DNA of 64,000 nt from Tubulanus polymorphus (Eukaryota; Animalia; Nemertea), in NCBI RefSeq assembly GCF_964204645.1, contig NC_134032.1:620001-684000 (forward strand), written 5' to 3'. Position numbers and translations under genes: made by a program. The stretch's first letter is position 1. The number at the start of each line of letters is the position of its first letter. The notes under the pieces were generated by a model. That model had not been told where the DNA came from and did not search any database. It saw nothing but the letters and a program-made list of their open reading frames with translations. This document shows positions 26,961 to 40,660 of the stretch, in pieces.

Positions 26961-28303
26961 GTAAACAGTATTCAGGAAGCTACGATGTGAAGCAGGGTCC
27001 CTTGACTCCTTGAACCCTTGAAAACCCCTTCAAAGCCAAAAATGTTGTTCAAGGTCAGTCTTTCACTCAAGGTTAGTTACGCCAGGGCCACCTCCCTGAT
27101 CTAATGAACTACTTCCTTAAAAACTGAAAGTACATTCTCAAATAGAAAATATTCGCAATTTGTTTAATCCGTTGGGCGGGTTCAGTCTGTGTTAGCTTAT
27201 AGCCTGATACGTGGTTTCGTATTGACCGCGGTCCATTGAACCGCATTATGACAAACCGGTTTATATCACTTACAATACATTGTTTTCAGGTGTTTGAAAA
27301 TTCAATTAGCGAAAACAATAATGAAGCCAACATATTGGAATTCAAGTTTATTTTCACCGAGGGTAAAATATCAGGTTTTGATACCGTTACTAGGCCTACC
27401 GCTGCAGCCCCCGAGAATTACATAGCATTTTATAATTATTTCAGCGTTGTGCAAAATGGATTTGAAATCGATTTAGGTGTTTTATCGATTTGTTTTATAT
27501 AAATACCCCTTAGTTAGTTCCACTTTCACCAACTTGATCCGCAATCAGACCAGGCTCTCGGGAAGTTTATAACCGGGTCACGATTCGTAAGCTGCCCTGC
27601 TGGCTTTAGTTGTTTCTTTCTTTTTCGCAATTTTCTCACGAGACTTGTCAAAATTGAGAAGATTTGTAGAGTCTAAAATTCCCGTAATCAATATCGATTG
27701 TGGTTGACCAACTTGTTCTGTCGAGTTTGCGTGATCGCGTTGATAATCATCGTGATGGCCGCTAAAATATCATGCGTTTTCCGTTTCAAAGACGCAGTTT
27801 ACGTATCGGGGAAATGCCCGTACGGACGACAAGGTCGGGTGATGTTGAGGTTGCCGTATAACGGGCTAGCTACAATGGCGATACGTGTCGATCTATATTC
27901 GTGTCTTGAAGATGTTTAAAAGAAAAATTTGCATTCAAAAATAAAACTACACAGGCCTCGATTCAAAAGATTGTCGACTCAAACATCGGTCTCTAATTCC
28001 TCAGCGATTCGCCTGAATAACTAAACACCGTTAATTGATAAATCGAATTAAGGAGATAAATAATTAATTTCAGATAAATAATTGATTCGAACCGACTATG
28101 ACTATGTTACTCAATGACGTAACGGTTTAAGGGTTTTATAACGTGTTCAAAGTACCGAACATTGTTCGAGCAAAAATGAGATTTCCTGAGCGGGTAGCCG
28201 CTAAAATTGACGTTAAGTTGCTCTCCGCGCGCGAGCTCGCGAAAGACAATGTATATATTTTTGAAACGATAACAACAGCAGCAGATCCCGATATCGGTAT
28301 ATT

Positions 28304-28318
28304 GGTGCGTATAGCAAC
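28304..28318 (+). promoter_or_regulatory. Possible RFX X-box upstream of the IQCM-like gene
   Basis: GGTGCGTATAGCAAC has a good ATAGCAAC half-site and a weak other half; it lies ~150 bp upstream of the ATG. Confidence 0.3.
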
Positions 28319-28464
28319 CGCGCCACAAGAACCGGCAGAAATATAAACTCGATGTGATCTAGCCGGCGAGAGCTGTTTGAGGGCCGCAGAGTCGATGGAG
28401 AACTAAAAATCTAGACACAAAAAATATTTTGCGTAGTTTGATTTTTGCCAGACGGATTGTAAGC

Positions 28465-31400
28465 ATGGACGACGATGAAAGGTTAGTTTAAGCTTGAATT
28501 GTTTGTTTTAGCGAATTACGAAGATTTCATAAAAACTGATCTTAAGTTAAACTGTTTGAAAGGTTTTTTTTTCAAATCTGAAAATTTGAAGCAAATGAAA
28601 TTATTTGCCCGCATTTGGTTTCAGAAAAATTATTGATTTTTGTGATTTCATATTTTCATGAAAAGGTTTATCGTAAAAGTCGGATACCACTTTTCGACTC
28701 GTCGGTTTTTTGCGGTCCAAAGACCGGTCTTGGAATTAGGGCCATCTTTTCAGTTTATTCGCTGCACCGCACCCTACGTTTTGTAAACTGATTTCCTATA
28801 AGTCAAATAAGTCAAATAATAATAATGATTATAATAAATGATTATATTTTGGGTTTGTTCTTAAAATCGTTCCTAAAATCGGTTCGTTTTGTAACACTTA
28901 ATTTCATAACTACATGACATGCGGCTCTTTAAAATCGCTCTTCTTTCGGAAATCAAGATACTTGCATTACTAATTCTCTTTATACATCGAACATCAGGGC
29001 AGGGAATTCTGACTTCTCTGAAAAATGTAAAAACTGAATTTTTCTAGAATTTTCGGTTTCGTGTTGTTCTTGCTGGTGACGAGTGACACAATAAACCTCT
29101 TGATAAGAAACAGCACTCTCTGAGGATATCTCATGATTTAATCAGGGAATTTGAATTTTTGGTGTCTTGTTGTTCTTGCTGGTGACGAGTGACACAATGA
29201 ACCTCTTGATAAGAAACAGCACTCTCTGAGGATATCTTATAGTTAAGGCTGAACAAAAATGATACCTTGTTTCTCCGCAACGGCCGAGTCATTTTGCCAT
29301 AAAATTGGTAATTAGTTCGTTTCTATAACTGCCTGATCTTTCATGATTAAAAAAAGTAATGTACAGGGTAGATAGGTCAACTTAAGCTCAGCAGAGCGGA
29401 GAAACAAGGTATCATTTTTTTTAGCCTTAATCTGAGAATTTTTGCTTAGGCATCAGGACGCAGTTCCACAGTTCTGAGTTAATATCTGACTCAGAGTTAA
29501 ATCATTGGAAATGAACTAATTTTAACCCAGAGTTAACTCTAACTCACGACTGTGGAACTGGGTCCAGGGAAATAGCAGGGTAAATAGGATCACCTGATCC
29601 GTAACAACCGTGTTTAATGAAATTAAGTGGAAACGCACTTTTTGCGAGGTTTCCCGCGCCTTATTTTATATTCAAAAGCGAAAAAGCGGGCAATTAAAAA
29701 TATCGACAAAACATACACTTCCCATCGCGATGGATACATATTCTAACCCGGATAGTTCCTGGATCTCGTACGTACAAACAGTTCGTACTCTTCTCCCGAT
29801 AAATTTAATATTTGCTTTTCGGGTGGTTCTCGAGCGGTAGTTGCGGTAGCGGGTATCGAAAAACGCTTCAACGAGTTTCCCCCCGGTAGACGGACCGAAC
29901 ACTCGTCAAGTATTCCATCGTTAATTCAATTGTCATAACGTTACAAACTGCAGCTCGATATTGCATTATTGAAGATGCCGCGTTCGAGCGCTCGCTGCGC
30001 GTTTCCACACGAAACGCGAGTTTTATTTTTGACGAATACTTGACGAATACTTGATGCTTGATCGCTTTTCTATGGTGGCTGTTTCGGGCCATATTAAAAA
30101 AATTTCTGTACGGCTAAAGCAACGATTGAAAAATGTTCACGTTGACCAATTTTTTTTGGTTTTCTCTCGCGAGAATTCAAAACTTTTGGTTTTCTCGTGA
30201 AAATTTTTTTATCGTTGCTTTAGCCGTATAGAAAAATTTTCAGTTTGGCCCGAATCAACCACCATACTTTTCCAAAGCGCGCTGATATAAAATACCTATG
30301 ATATTTGATATATGGCGGTCGAGATCCATTTTGTAACTGGTATTTCAATTTCAACAAGAAAATGTGTTTCTGACGTGTCGTCCTGAAAATTCAGATATCT
30401 ACATACAAAATACAAAGAGTAAATTTGAATCGAGTTTTCCTTAGTCAGAGAAGTGTCCTTTTACTCTCAATCTATGGTGGCTGATTCGGGATATGTCATT
30501 TTTTTTCATCCTCCGCGAAAACGTGCAAAAAAAAATATCATATTCGTTAAAACGGTAACTATGTGAAAACTTGTTAGATCTACCTAGTTTCAGCCCTCAT
30601 TAACATAAGATTTGAAGATAAAATGGAACTTGTAGATCATTCTGAATATATCTTGTTCAATTTTACCCAACTATTATATCCAACTGCTGAAACATTGCAA
30701 CGTATCCAATAGGGTTAGTCGTGGGAAACAAAGAGAGATCTAGCGACGTAGCAATATGAAATCGAAGATTATCTGATTTATTAGAAAGGGAAATGAAAGT
30801 TTATTTGGCTACGTTTCAGACTCTATTTAAAGATGTTGTTTTCTTGTTGGCAGTTACTACGAGCCTCATCGCGATTCTCGCTCCCGTAATCTGGTGGTTT
30901 GTCGTCCGGTGACCGGCAGTTCGACGCGACACCTAGCGGCGAGCGATGACAAATTCAGTTTACCGTCGATTAATGAGAAACCGGGCGCCGGCGAGCCGCA
31001 GACGACCTCGTCGACGTCGTCGGGTCTGGCTCTGAGAAAGGACACCGATTCGAATAAGAGAATAACGATTAAATTACCATCAGATCAGAGTCGTAATCAT
31101 TATATAAAGGTATGTGTTGAAATTATCGATAATTCAAGATATAACTTCTAATGGAACATGAGAGAATTAGCACAATGACAACGGACCGCTTTGGGCTGCG
31201 AACTCAAAATCCAGTTCCACAGTTGTGTTGGTTTAATTTGAGTCAGGATCCATTTCCACAGTTCTGTGGGTTTAATTTTACCGTGGCTCCAGTTCCACAG
31301 TTTTGTGGGTTTAATTTGAGTCAGGATCCATTTCCACAGTTGTGTGGGTTTAATTTGAGTCAGGATCCAGTTCCACAGTTGTGTGGGTTTGACTCTGGAT

Positions 31401-34400
31401 CCAGTTCCACAGTTGAGTGGGTTTAATTCGACTCTGGGTCCAGTTCCACAGCTGGGTTGGTTTAATTTGACTCCAAATCCAGTTCTACATTTATTTGACT
31501 CAGAAACCAATTCCACAATCGTGCGGTTTTTAAACAACCCAATGATTTAGTGTCTATCTAGCATTTCGAACATGTTTCAATACGAAGTTCACATTGAAAC
31601 ACGTTAGATACAGAACTACGTCAACTCTAGTAAACTACTATATGCAAACTTTGCTTTTAAATTCAAATTATTCAAATTACTTTGTTGAAGAATTTGACTT
31701 TTCGTAATCTATCTAGCATTTCTAACATATTTCAATATGAAGTTCATATTGAAACATGCTAGATACAGAAGTAAAGCTACTCTAATAAACTTCTATATAA
31801 TTGCAAACTTAGCTTTTAAATTCAAATTATTCTAAATAGTTTGTTGAAGAGTTTGATATTTTGTTGTCAGGTGCCGGAGTTTTGGAGTCAAGATGAATCT
31901 ATTCTTCGGGAGTCGCTTCCCAGACCGAACAACCAAACCGGTTACCACGATTGCGGTGAACGGGAGCGACATATTCACCTGGTGGTCCCTCCACCGGAGC
32001 AGCGCGCGGACTGGTCGCGAGCGCCGAGGGATCGGTACGCTCTACCGGCCGTCGGGTGTCATCCGCGAACCGAGACGGTGGCCATGTCGCTGCACGAGTA
32101 CCTGAACAGCAGGAAGGGAAAGCGCACTAACAGACCGCGTCCCTGGCAGTCGAACATGAAACAGAGGAAATATAAAGATCAGGAACGAGTCGGTTGGTTT
32201 CATTCGGATTTATCTAGAACACGGGGGAAAGCTCAGGGGAATTTGGGAACAATTTTGGCCGAAATTTGGATACTAAGGAAATCGAACCAAAATGTGTAGA
32301 AAAATCCTGGAAAAACTAGGGATTTTACTAATCTTGGCAAAGGCAAAAAAGTGGAAAGAAATCAAGGGTTCAAAAAAATGTTTTACTTCAGGGATTTGAC
32401 AAACTTGGCAAATTCTACTTCTAGTAGTCCTCATTAGAAATAGTATTAATTCATTAAACGCTGATTAAGCCCAAATATTTTCTCGATTAGATCAGGTTTT
32501 AAATTTCTTAATTTTTTACAAATTTGCGCGCAGAGATTTTCTACGAATGTTACCTGCCTAAAGATAAATGGGTGAAATATCGTCCGATGCAGTTCGTAAC
32601 CAATCATAAATGGGGAGAGATGTACGAATGCAGGTCAGTTAGCGAGTTGTCTCCCGATCTCTTGAGCGAGACGAGGACTAATTTCTTCATTCAGGCCTGA
32701 TCCTGGTCGGTTGCACAGTTAAGGCTAATCTATGATATGACCAGTCTATTGTGAGATCTTGGTTCTAAAGCCAATCTATCAATTTGAGACCAGCCTAAGC
32801 TCATTTTGATTCTACAACGCATTACCATCTTAAGACCAGTCTGAGCTCATTTTGGTTCTACTAATAATTTAACAACCTAAGACCAGTCTAAGATCATTTC
32901 AGTTCTATAACCAATCTAACAACTTAAGACCAGTCTAAACTCATTTTGGTTCTATAACCAATCTAACAACTAAAGACCGGTCTAAGCTTACGTTGGTTCT
33001 AGCCAATCTAACAACATAAGAGCAGTCAAGCTCATGCTGGTTCTATAGTCAATCTAACAATCTGACACCGGCCTGAGCTCATTTTGGTTTTACGACGAAT
33101 TTAACATGAACTTAAGACCAGTCTAAGCTTATGTTGGTTCTATAGCCAATCTAACAACTTGAGACAAGTCTAAATTCATTTTGGTTCAACCAGTTTAGGA
33201 CCATTTTATTTCTATAGCAAATCTAACAACTTAAGACCAGTCTAAGCGCCATTTTATTCTAGAGCCAATCTAACTTCAGACTAATGACATTTTAAGATCA
33301 CTTCTTCTGTGCCACTGGGAGCGGTAGCTAGTAGCACGTGTCGCTTCACCGGGAACGTCTAGCATTCGTTCAGAAATACATAGAATGTATAATTGATCGA
33401 TTACAGGCAGCCGAATCCGCGTCAAACGAATAAAAACAAAAACAATAACAACAACGAAGAGAAAAACTCAACGAAAACCTACGTGTTCGACAACGAGTAC
33501 AACGTGTGGCTACTGGAAAAAATGAATCAAAACGATTTCAAAAACAAACCGAAACGACAAATACTGTAAGAACATCCACATTATCAAAAACTGTCACTTT
33601 AGTGGAAGATGAATTTGGGAGCTGCTGTGTTTCGAGTGTTTTAGAATTTCAATCGGAATTTTCCCGTTTTAGTTTTATTTGAATATTTTTCTAATGAACA
33701 AATAACGGTTTTATCGAAATATCGAAGTGGCCTTCCTTTCTAAAAAAAACTTGAACATGTTCGTATTTAACCAGAAAAGAATATTATGGTGGATATATTT
33801 CAAATAGATCTTCAATGTATTTTTTTTATTTAATTAAGTATATATTTTCTGCTTGTAGCTATGAGAAATACATCATGCCCAATGGTAAAACACCTCATAT
33901 CAGCGCGCATCAGGAGCTGGTCGAGTGAGTATACACAATTTAGGTGCACAACAGGTGGATAACTGGGAAATAGTTCAGAATCAGTAGTAAGAAATCTGGT
34001 AACACTCCGCGCGGGATTCGGATTCACCTGCCGCAGATTCACTCGAGGAATCTCTCCATTCACCTGCCGCAGATTCACTCGAGGAATCTCTCCATTCACC
34101 TGCAGCAGATTCACTCGAGGAATGTTCTGCAAAACAATTGTTTTCTTTTTTAAGGCGTTTTCATTTTTACAAATTGAATCGACTGGAGCGACGCGAAGCG
34201 GCAGTGATTATACAACGAACTATTAGAGGCTGGCTCGTCAGAAATAGATTCCGAAAACTGAAGAAAGAGGTAAAAACATTTACATAATCTGTTCATGTTT
34301 TGTTTTGATTTGGAAGTTGACACAAATACAGTAGACTCGAGTTTAACCCTGTGTGTCGATTTAATGGATTCTTAGCCTGACAAGTCTGGGAAAACGACGA

Positions 34401-37400
34401 AATTGATCGTAGCTATCGATTCCTCGCAGATTTCTGCCATAATTCAGACGGCCGATTTTTCCGATCCTCGGTTTTATGGCATAAACGTCCGATGACCTAC
34501 ATGTATGACGTTTCGACGGAGTTTCCTCATTAACGGGGTTCCCTATGCATCGCAACAACCAATCAGAGCTAAGCGCACCTGCTACGGAGTCCCGTCAGTA
34601 GATTGTTTAGTACATGTAACACATTTTCCTTGCCAAACTTGTATTCTAAATCTATGTATGAATAGAAATATTAATTTCGAAATTATTCTATGCTCTAAAA
34701 TTAATTTTTGGTGTACCAGTGCTTATTTTTGGATAATAAAACGTGCGTATGAATTTGCCGATGAATCCTACGCAATACTTATTTGCATATAGAACACACC
34801 GAACAGGTGAACTAGTATCGTTTCGGATATAACTTATCGTCATACATTGATCAGCGCCATCTCGTTCCCGTGTGTGCATGGACTTCGTATGGAGTCATGC
34901 GTGTAATACTTATGTTTCGTTATGACCTACTGAACTCGCAGCTACGTCAACATCGGCACGTGTCCGGGGCCGCGTCCGGGCCGTATGCGTCATGGTTTTG
35001 AGTCTAACTCTCCATGACGAAAGTGTCCGTGAGGCAGGGCCCCCATTTCCTTTTCTGATACATTTTGATCATTTTGGTCCTCTTGGTCCATATGGGCAGT
35101 TTTCATCTTGATATTAAATTTCATCTTAATCTTGAATTATTCTGTTTTGAAGGTTTTGTTGTGGCATGCGCGTTCGTGGACTGGATTTATCGGCAGCTAT
35201 AAGGACCTGCTGTCCCGGGTTCAACGTCGTTACGGCATCGCAGCGCCACCTACTCCCGTCGACCTCGACGACCTGGCCGAACATTTACAAAACAAAAAAA
35301 GTAATCAGCGCATTTTAGTTCTGTGAAACAAACCGAAAAATTTATCAAAATAAATTAGTTTTCTTCAAGATTTTCTTCACTGACTTAAAACTTCATAGTT
35401 AAAATTATTTCGTTTTCTCAATAACTCTAATTCTACCGCCAAAAATTAGTTCATTCTCAATTACTTTTTTACACGTTCATTAAATTAAGGTTAAAATTGG
35501 GTCATTTTCGATGATTTTCAATTACTATGTTTTAAATGTTTCCAACGTCAAAATTGATTTAGGCAAACTGATAAGATCGTATTTTTGTTTATTATTTCCG
35601 CGTAGAATATGAAGATGTGTTTGATCAGTTGTCCATCGGTGGTAAACTCGACCGCGAGAAGTTGAGATCGTTTTTCACGAAATGCGGTCTGTACCCGGCC
35701 GACGAAGAAATATCCACCGCTTTCGACGTCGTATTCAGAGGTAAAATGAAATAGATTTTGTAAAGAATATATCATCACTAGGGCAGCTAGCGATTCTGGA
35801 ATTAACTTCTGGCGTATCGTTTTGACAAGAACAGCTCCAATTTTTCCGTAATAGAAAGCATGATCAGTAAACCTGATAGAAAGTTTGGTAGGTTTTGATT
35901 GGGGCCTACCAACTCTTAAATTGTCTCTTTTGGGAAACTTTTCGTTTCGACTACAATGCACGCTACCTACCTATCCGTGAGACTTCCTAGAATATATCAT
36001 GCCCTATACTTACATACATAGAATACGAGAATGGCCAGACCCAGTTGCATAGGCGTTCCCTGAACGAGCTTAGACTGATCTTCAGACTATATAGAACCAA
36101 AATGAACTCAGGCTGGTCTCAAAGTGATATATTGATTATGGAACCAAAATGAGTTAAGACTTAAATCTAAGCTTTGATAGCAATGGGAACCCTAACCGCC
36201 AAAAAACCATTATCGCTGCTTTGCAGCTATATTTGTTTTTTATTCTTATTTTCAAGTCTTCAAATATCTTGAAGTCAATACTGTTTCGCTTTTTAAGAAG
36301 ATATTTTATTGTCTTGTTTTCGCAGGTTGCGGAACTCAAGCCGATGTCGTTTTCATTCTCGACCTGTCGGCCAGTCTCGGCCCGCTGTTGCTTCCCGTGC
36401 AAACGGATTTCGTCGTCAGCGCCATCTCGCGGCTGCAGATCAGCGCGGATCACGTGCGAGTGGGGGTCATACCGTACAGCGACGCGATCGGTCCCGACTC
36501 GATCAGACTGGGCGAGCACGATCGCAAAGAGGATCTCGTGACGGCGATCAGTGAGTTAGGAATATATCTGTGCAGTTTAATCAGTTGATTATTAAAATAT
36601 AGAATTTTTCATTATCGAAGAAAACAGTTCTTATGACAGTGAGGTACATGTGGGTCGATCCTGATCAAACTTGGGTAGGGTAAGATGGTAGTATGGGGGG
36701 GGGGCTAGTTATGCAGTGCAAAGGATGGGCCTAAGTGCGCCACCTAGCGGCAAAACGAGGCAATAAACACTGTTTTTCTCTGACGTGACCTCGAGACTGA
36801 GAACAGTTGTAGCCTATCGCTTGTACAATTAGTAAATCAATTTGCTGTGAAATTTGCATTTATTGAGAAAGTGAATCTTATGCCTAATCAAGAATGTTTG
36901 ATAATTTCCGGATTCGGGAGCTTAAAATACAGTTTGAATTTCATCGAAAATTAGCTTGTTTCACAATGCATAACCGAGTGTTTGGTGCACCATCTGGTGT
37001 GCGCCGGTGGTACCTCATAAAATACCTTTCTCTCTATTTCAGGGAACATTAAATACATGCGAGGTTTGACTCACACACATTTGGCCATCGAGAGAATGAG
37101 GGAAATGTTTAAACAGGTAACAACTACCAAAAGTTTAGTTTAAAAGAGTTTCACGTCCCAACTGCAAGTAACAGTGTAACCCTAGTTGGGGTTAAGAGAC
37201 GGCCAAGGCCTTCTTATAGGTTGTTATGGTTCACAACCTGACTACGTTTGCAGGGCTTAGTCCATGCAAACGCCAGAAGTGGTTTGGAGCTCGGGACCTT
37301 TTGGTTTCCAGTGCTCCACTAAACCAACTGCACAGGACTGCACAGAAATGTTAGGATTGAAATTGAACTATTTCCCGCATTTTGTCCACTGCAGTATGGC

Positions 37401-40400
37401 CGGCCGGGAGTGCAGAAGATCGGTGTCGTGATAACAGACGGTAAATCGTACGAGAATTATCAAACGGTGAAACAAGCGCAACTCGCAAAACAGGAATTCA
37501 TTAAACTGTACGCATTAGGTGGGTATAGAATACACTGTTATAGTATGTTTAATATTGGGGGCTCTCTTGTAGAAGTCATGGTTTAGATTTGAGAGCAACT
37601 TATTTTTACAGCTTATCTAATAATTATACCAGGGGCCAGTTGCACAGTCGTGACTTAAGTCAAAAAGTGGTCTTAAATCTTAAGACCAGCCTGAAGTTGT
37701 TAGATTGGCCATAGAACTAAGTTGGTCTTAGACCTGTCTTAAGTTTAAGCCATGACTATGCAACCGGCCCCAGTAGTCTAAGCTCACAATGTAAGACCAG
37801 TCTAAGTTAATGTTTACTTCTATAACCAATCTAGAAACTTAAGACCGGTCTAAGTTCATCTTGGTTCTATAAAAACAAACGACTTAAGACCAGTCTCAAC
37901 TCATTTTTGTTTTCTAACCATTCTAAAAATTTTAGATCAGTCTAAACTAATTTTGGTTCTATAGCCAACCTATAACAATTAAAGAAAGATTTAAAATAAC
38001 AACACCAAGATTTGAAACAACTTTTAAACCTAAGACATCTTAAGTACAACTTCGCCCAGCAGCCAGCTCCACCATTTCATGGTTAAATACAAGTCAGTTC
38101 ATTTACGATATTCAAGTTCTCAGGATTCGAATTGTAACGAACAACAAACTATGGAACTAGTGTTTAGAGTTATTTTCATTTACGCAGGTATCGGGAACAA
38201 AGTCGATCGCAAAGAGCTTCACCAGATCGCCACCGACCCGACCTACATTTCATCGGTTTACGACTTTCACATACTGGAACGCATCAAAACCGACGTCTCC
38301 AGAACCGCTTGTCTAAGTATGAATATGCATCTCAACTTTACTACTACTAAAACCGTTACTCGATTACACTGGACAGTTCGACTTGGAAATGTTTATTTTC
38401 CGTCCATATTATTTGATTCACTTTCTGTGCCAGCTCTGGATTTTGGCATAAGCCGCGTTAGAATCCGCGTTAAATCCGTCCAGATTGTGATGAGTTACTG
38501 CTTTAAGTGTGTTATCGTATAAAATATATGTGGAAATTGAATTTGAGATAAGGCAGAAAATGCCCGAGTTCACGAATCAGCACATCGTAATAGACTTACG
38601 CATACTACTCAATCACCGGGCACAAATTACAGTGGACATGTAAACTATGGATTTCGGCTTCAGAAGAAAATTGTGGTCATTACAATGTGTTAAATCGGAG
38701 AAAATTGTCTGATCTCCTTTTTATGCCTCATATTCCACGGAGATCTGAATTTGTGAAAAAGTTCCGTCGATATTGTATTCGTATCAGTCCTGATTGCGGT
38801 CAGTAACTACCTCTCATGCCAAGAAACAATAACATATCCGAAAAGCAGTTATAACTGCTTTTAAGATATATGTGAAAAGTGCTGGTATTTTGTTCGCTGA
38901 ATATTAAATGTGAAAGAAGCTATTTGTGTAGGATATTTAGGAAAAGGGGAAATTTCCCGAGTTCACCAATCTGCATCCTGCAATAATAGACTCACTACTG
39001 AAAATTGCCACTCGACAGATAAATACTTTTCCAAATGACGACTGACACTAAGCAAACTGAATTGGAAATACAGATTCGGTCCAAAAATATACGTTCTCTC
39101 AGTCATGAGATGACTTAAATCCAAATAATGAATTACATTCGGTAGTAAATTGAATTAGAAAAACAAATTGGGACTAAAAAAATGATGTAATAGTCATTTA
39201 TATATAGCGCAGGTATCCTGAACAGAGTGTGTTCAGATGTGCTCCAAATTTGGTATTATTACCCCCAGCCTATAACTCTATTCCATGTATCAGTCATCTC
39301 TCCCTGGGGAGATGTGACATCCAAGCAGCTGCTAGACGCTCAGGAGTCATCTATCGGGCCAGGTACTAATATCTATATATATAATGTAATAGTCATTTAG
39401 GTATCTTAACCACAGTGAGTTCAGATGCCCGCCAGATTTGGTATCATATCCCCAGCCTATAACTCTATTTCTAAATTGGTCACCTCTCCCTGGGGAGAAG
39501 TAACATCCGAGCAGATACTAGACGCTCAGGAGTCATCAGACTAGTATCTTATTTTTTGATTGGCAACAGCATAATTTGTGATAATTGGAACAATTGAATA
39601 ATTGAAACAATAATTGAATAATTGAAATAATGATAGAACAATTGAAACAATAATTGATATCTAATTTCTGAAATATTTATTTTCTTACCGGCGTAGAGAA
39701 CTGTACGTTGTGCCACTTCATCGAACGGGATGAATGTCTGACCCGTAGTCGTGGTCTCTACAAGGCCGAGGTGTTTGAGATACTGTGGACGATATATGTA
39801 CCTAAAGGTACCGGATTACGCAATACCCGCCGTTCCACCTGGATGCGCCCCCTGGTGGCGGGAGAAGAGGCGGCCAAATGGCTCGGTAAATATATCTTTC
39901 TTATTCGTTTGCGGACTGAGTGTCCCAAGATAACTTTTATTTCCAAATTGTTGCGGTTGTTAAGTCAGATTTTTGATGCTATAGTTACTCATCGAAAAAA
40001 AAAATTCTAACACGGCGTTCACAAGTGAGGAACTGGATCCTGAGTGCGCAGTTAACTCTAACTCTATCCTGAGTTCAGAGTGAACTCTAACACACATGTC
40101 GAACTGGATCGTGAGTTCAGAGTTAACTCTTACTCACAACTGTGGAACTGGATCCTGAGTTCAGAGTTAACTCTAACTCACAACTGTGGAACTGGATCCT
40201 TGACAAGTCAAGCATTAGTAAGGAAAAGAGTCCAATGATAGGGCCTACCTTCTTGGAATGAGTGTTCAAATGAGGGAATTGCTTCGGTGAGGGAAATTAG
40301 GCACTGATAAGCATCGGAATAGTTTATATCCATAAATCGTTTTTGTTTTCTGTATTTCGTTCAGGTCTTGTTCGTAGTTTGGAGGACGACGATTTCAGGA

Positions 40401-40660
40401 CGTGTTTGCGTTACGTCATCAAATCAAAACTCGACCGAGACGGGTTCGTCAACTTCCTGTCGCCGACCGGAAACGGAAGCGGCGATCTCCAGCCTCGTCG
40501 CCTGACCGACTGGAACGCGGCGATGGCCGTCGTGGAGAATTACCTCGAACAAGAGGAACGCAAACGTGTGTCACGTGACCTGGAGATGAAGGCTTTGAAA
40601 GAGAAATACGTGGATATCAAACAGCGACAGACGACAGAACTGAACGACAGTTCATTCTGA
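28465..40660 (+). CDS. IQCM: IQ-motif protein, IQCM-like, with an inserted von Willebrand A domain; 14 exons, ~762 aa
   Basis: Exons: 28465-28481, 30854-31109, 31871-32192, 32534-32633, 33407-33565, 34155-34269, 35153-35300, 35606-35740, 36326-36550, 37043-37116, 37395-37518, 38188-38316, 39697-39885, 40365-40660; 2289 nt, phases consistent. IQ motif AAVIIQRTIRGWLVR. The segments KKYEDVF...FFTKCGLYPADEEI and STWMRPLVAGEEA resemble vertebrate IQCM as I recall it. AATAAA at 40792-40797. The first exon is tentative. Confidence 0.8.
29244..29430. mobile_element. TTAA-flanked MITE (GGCT..AATGATACCTTGTTTCTCCGC ... GCGGAGAAACAAGGTATCATT..AGCC), possibly Kolobok-like
   Basis: Long TIRs with TTAA at both ends and GG termini. 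The same family is present in every spacer of the tandem array (53661-53893, ~58067-58277, ~62375-62586). Confidence 0.75.
29455..29566. mobile_element. MITE GGAC(C/G)CAGTTCCACAGTT ... ACTGTGGAACTGGGTCC
   Basis: TIRs visible; relatives at ~40025-40200 and ~45350-45456. Confidence 0.7.
30072..30265. mobile_element. Palindromic MITE (ATGGTGGCTGTTTCGGGCC ... GGCCCGAATCAACCACCAT)
   Basis: Near whole-length inverted repeat. Confidence 0.7.
31205..31520. repeat. ~39-bp tandem repeat built from a MITE terminus (GGATCCAGTTCCACAGTTGTGTGGGTTTAATTTGAGTCA)
   Basis: About 8 copies; the unit equals the TIR of the 29455 MITE family. Confidence 0.85.
32730..33300. repeat. ~47-bp degenerate satellite (AAGACCAGTCTAAGCTCATTTTGGTTCTATAACCAATCTAACAACTT)
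   Basis: About 11 copies; the unit is the reverse complement of the interior of the 14491 MITE. Also present at ~37775-37990. Confidence 0.85.
34020..34125. repeat. 36-bp tandem repeat, 3 copies
   Basis: ATTCACCTGCCGCAGATTCACTCGAGGAATCTCTCC. Confidence 0.9.
36326..38316 (+). other. von Willebrand factor A domain cassette (4 exons, 552 nt, 184 aa)
   Basis: CGTQADVVFILDLSAS (MIDAS DxSxS), VRVGVIPYS, GLTHTHLAI (MIDAS T), VVITDGKS (MIDAS D), LYALGIG, ELHQIATDP, ending RTAC. Confidence 0.92.
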
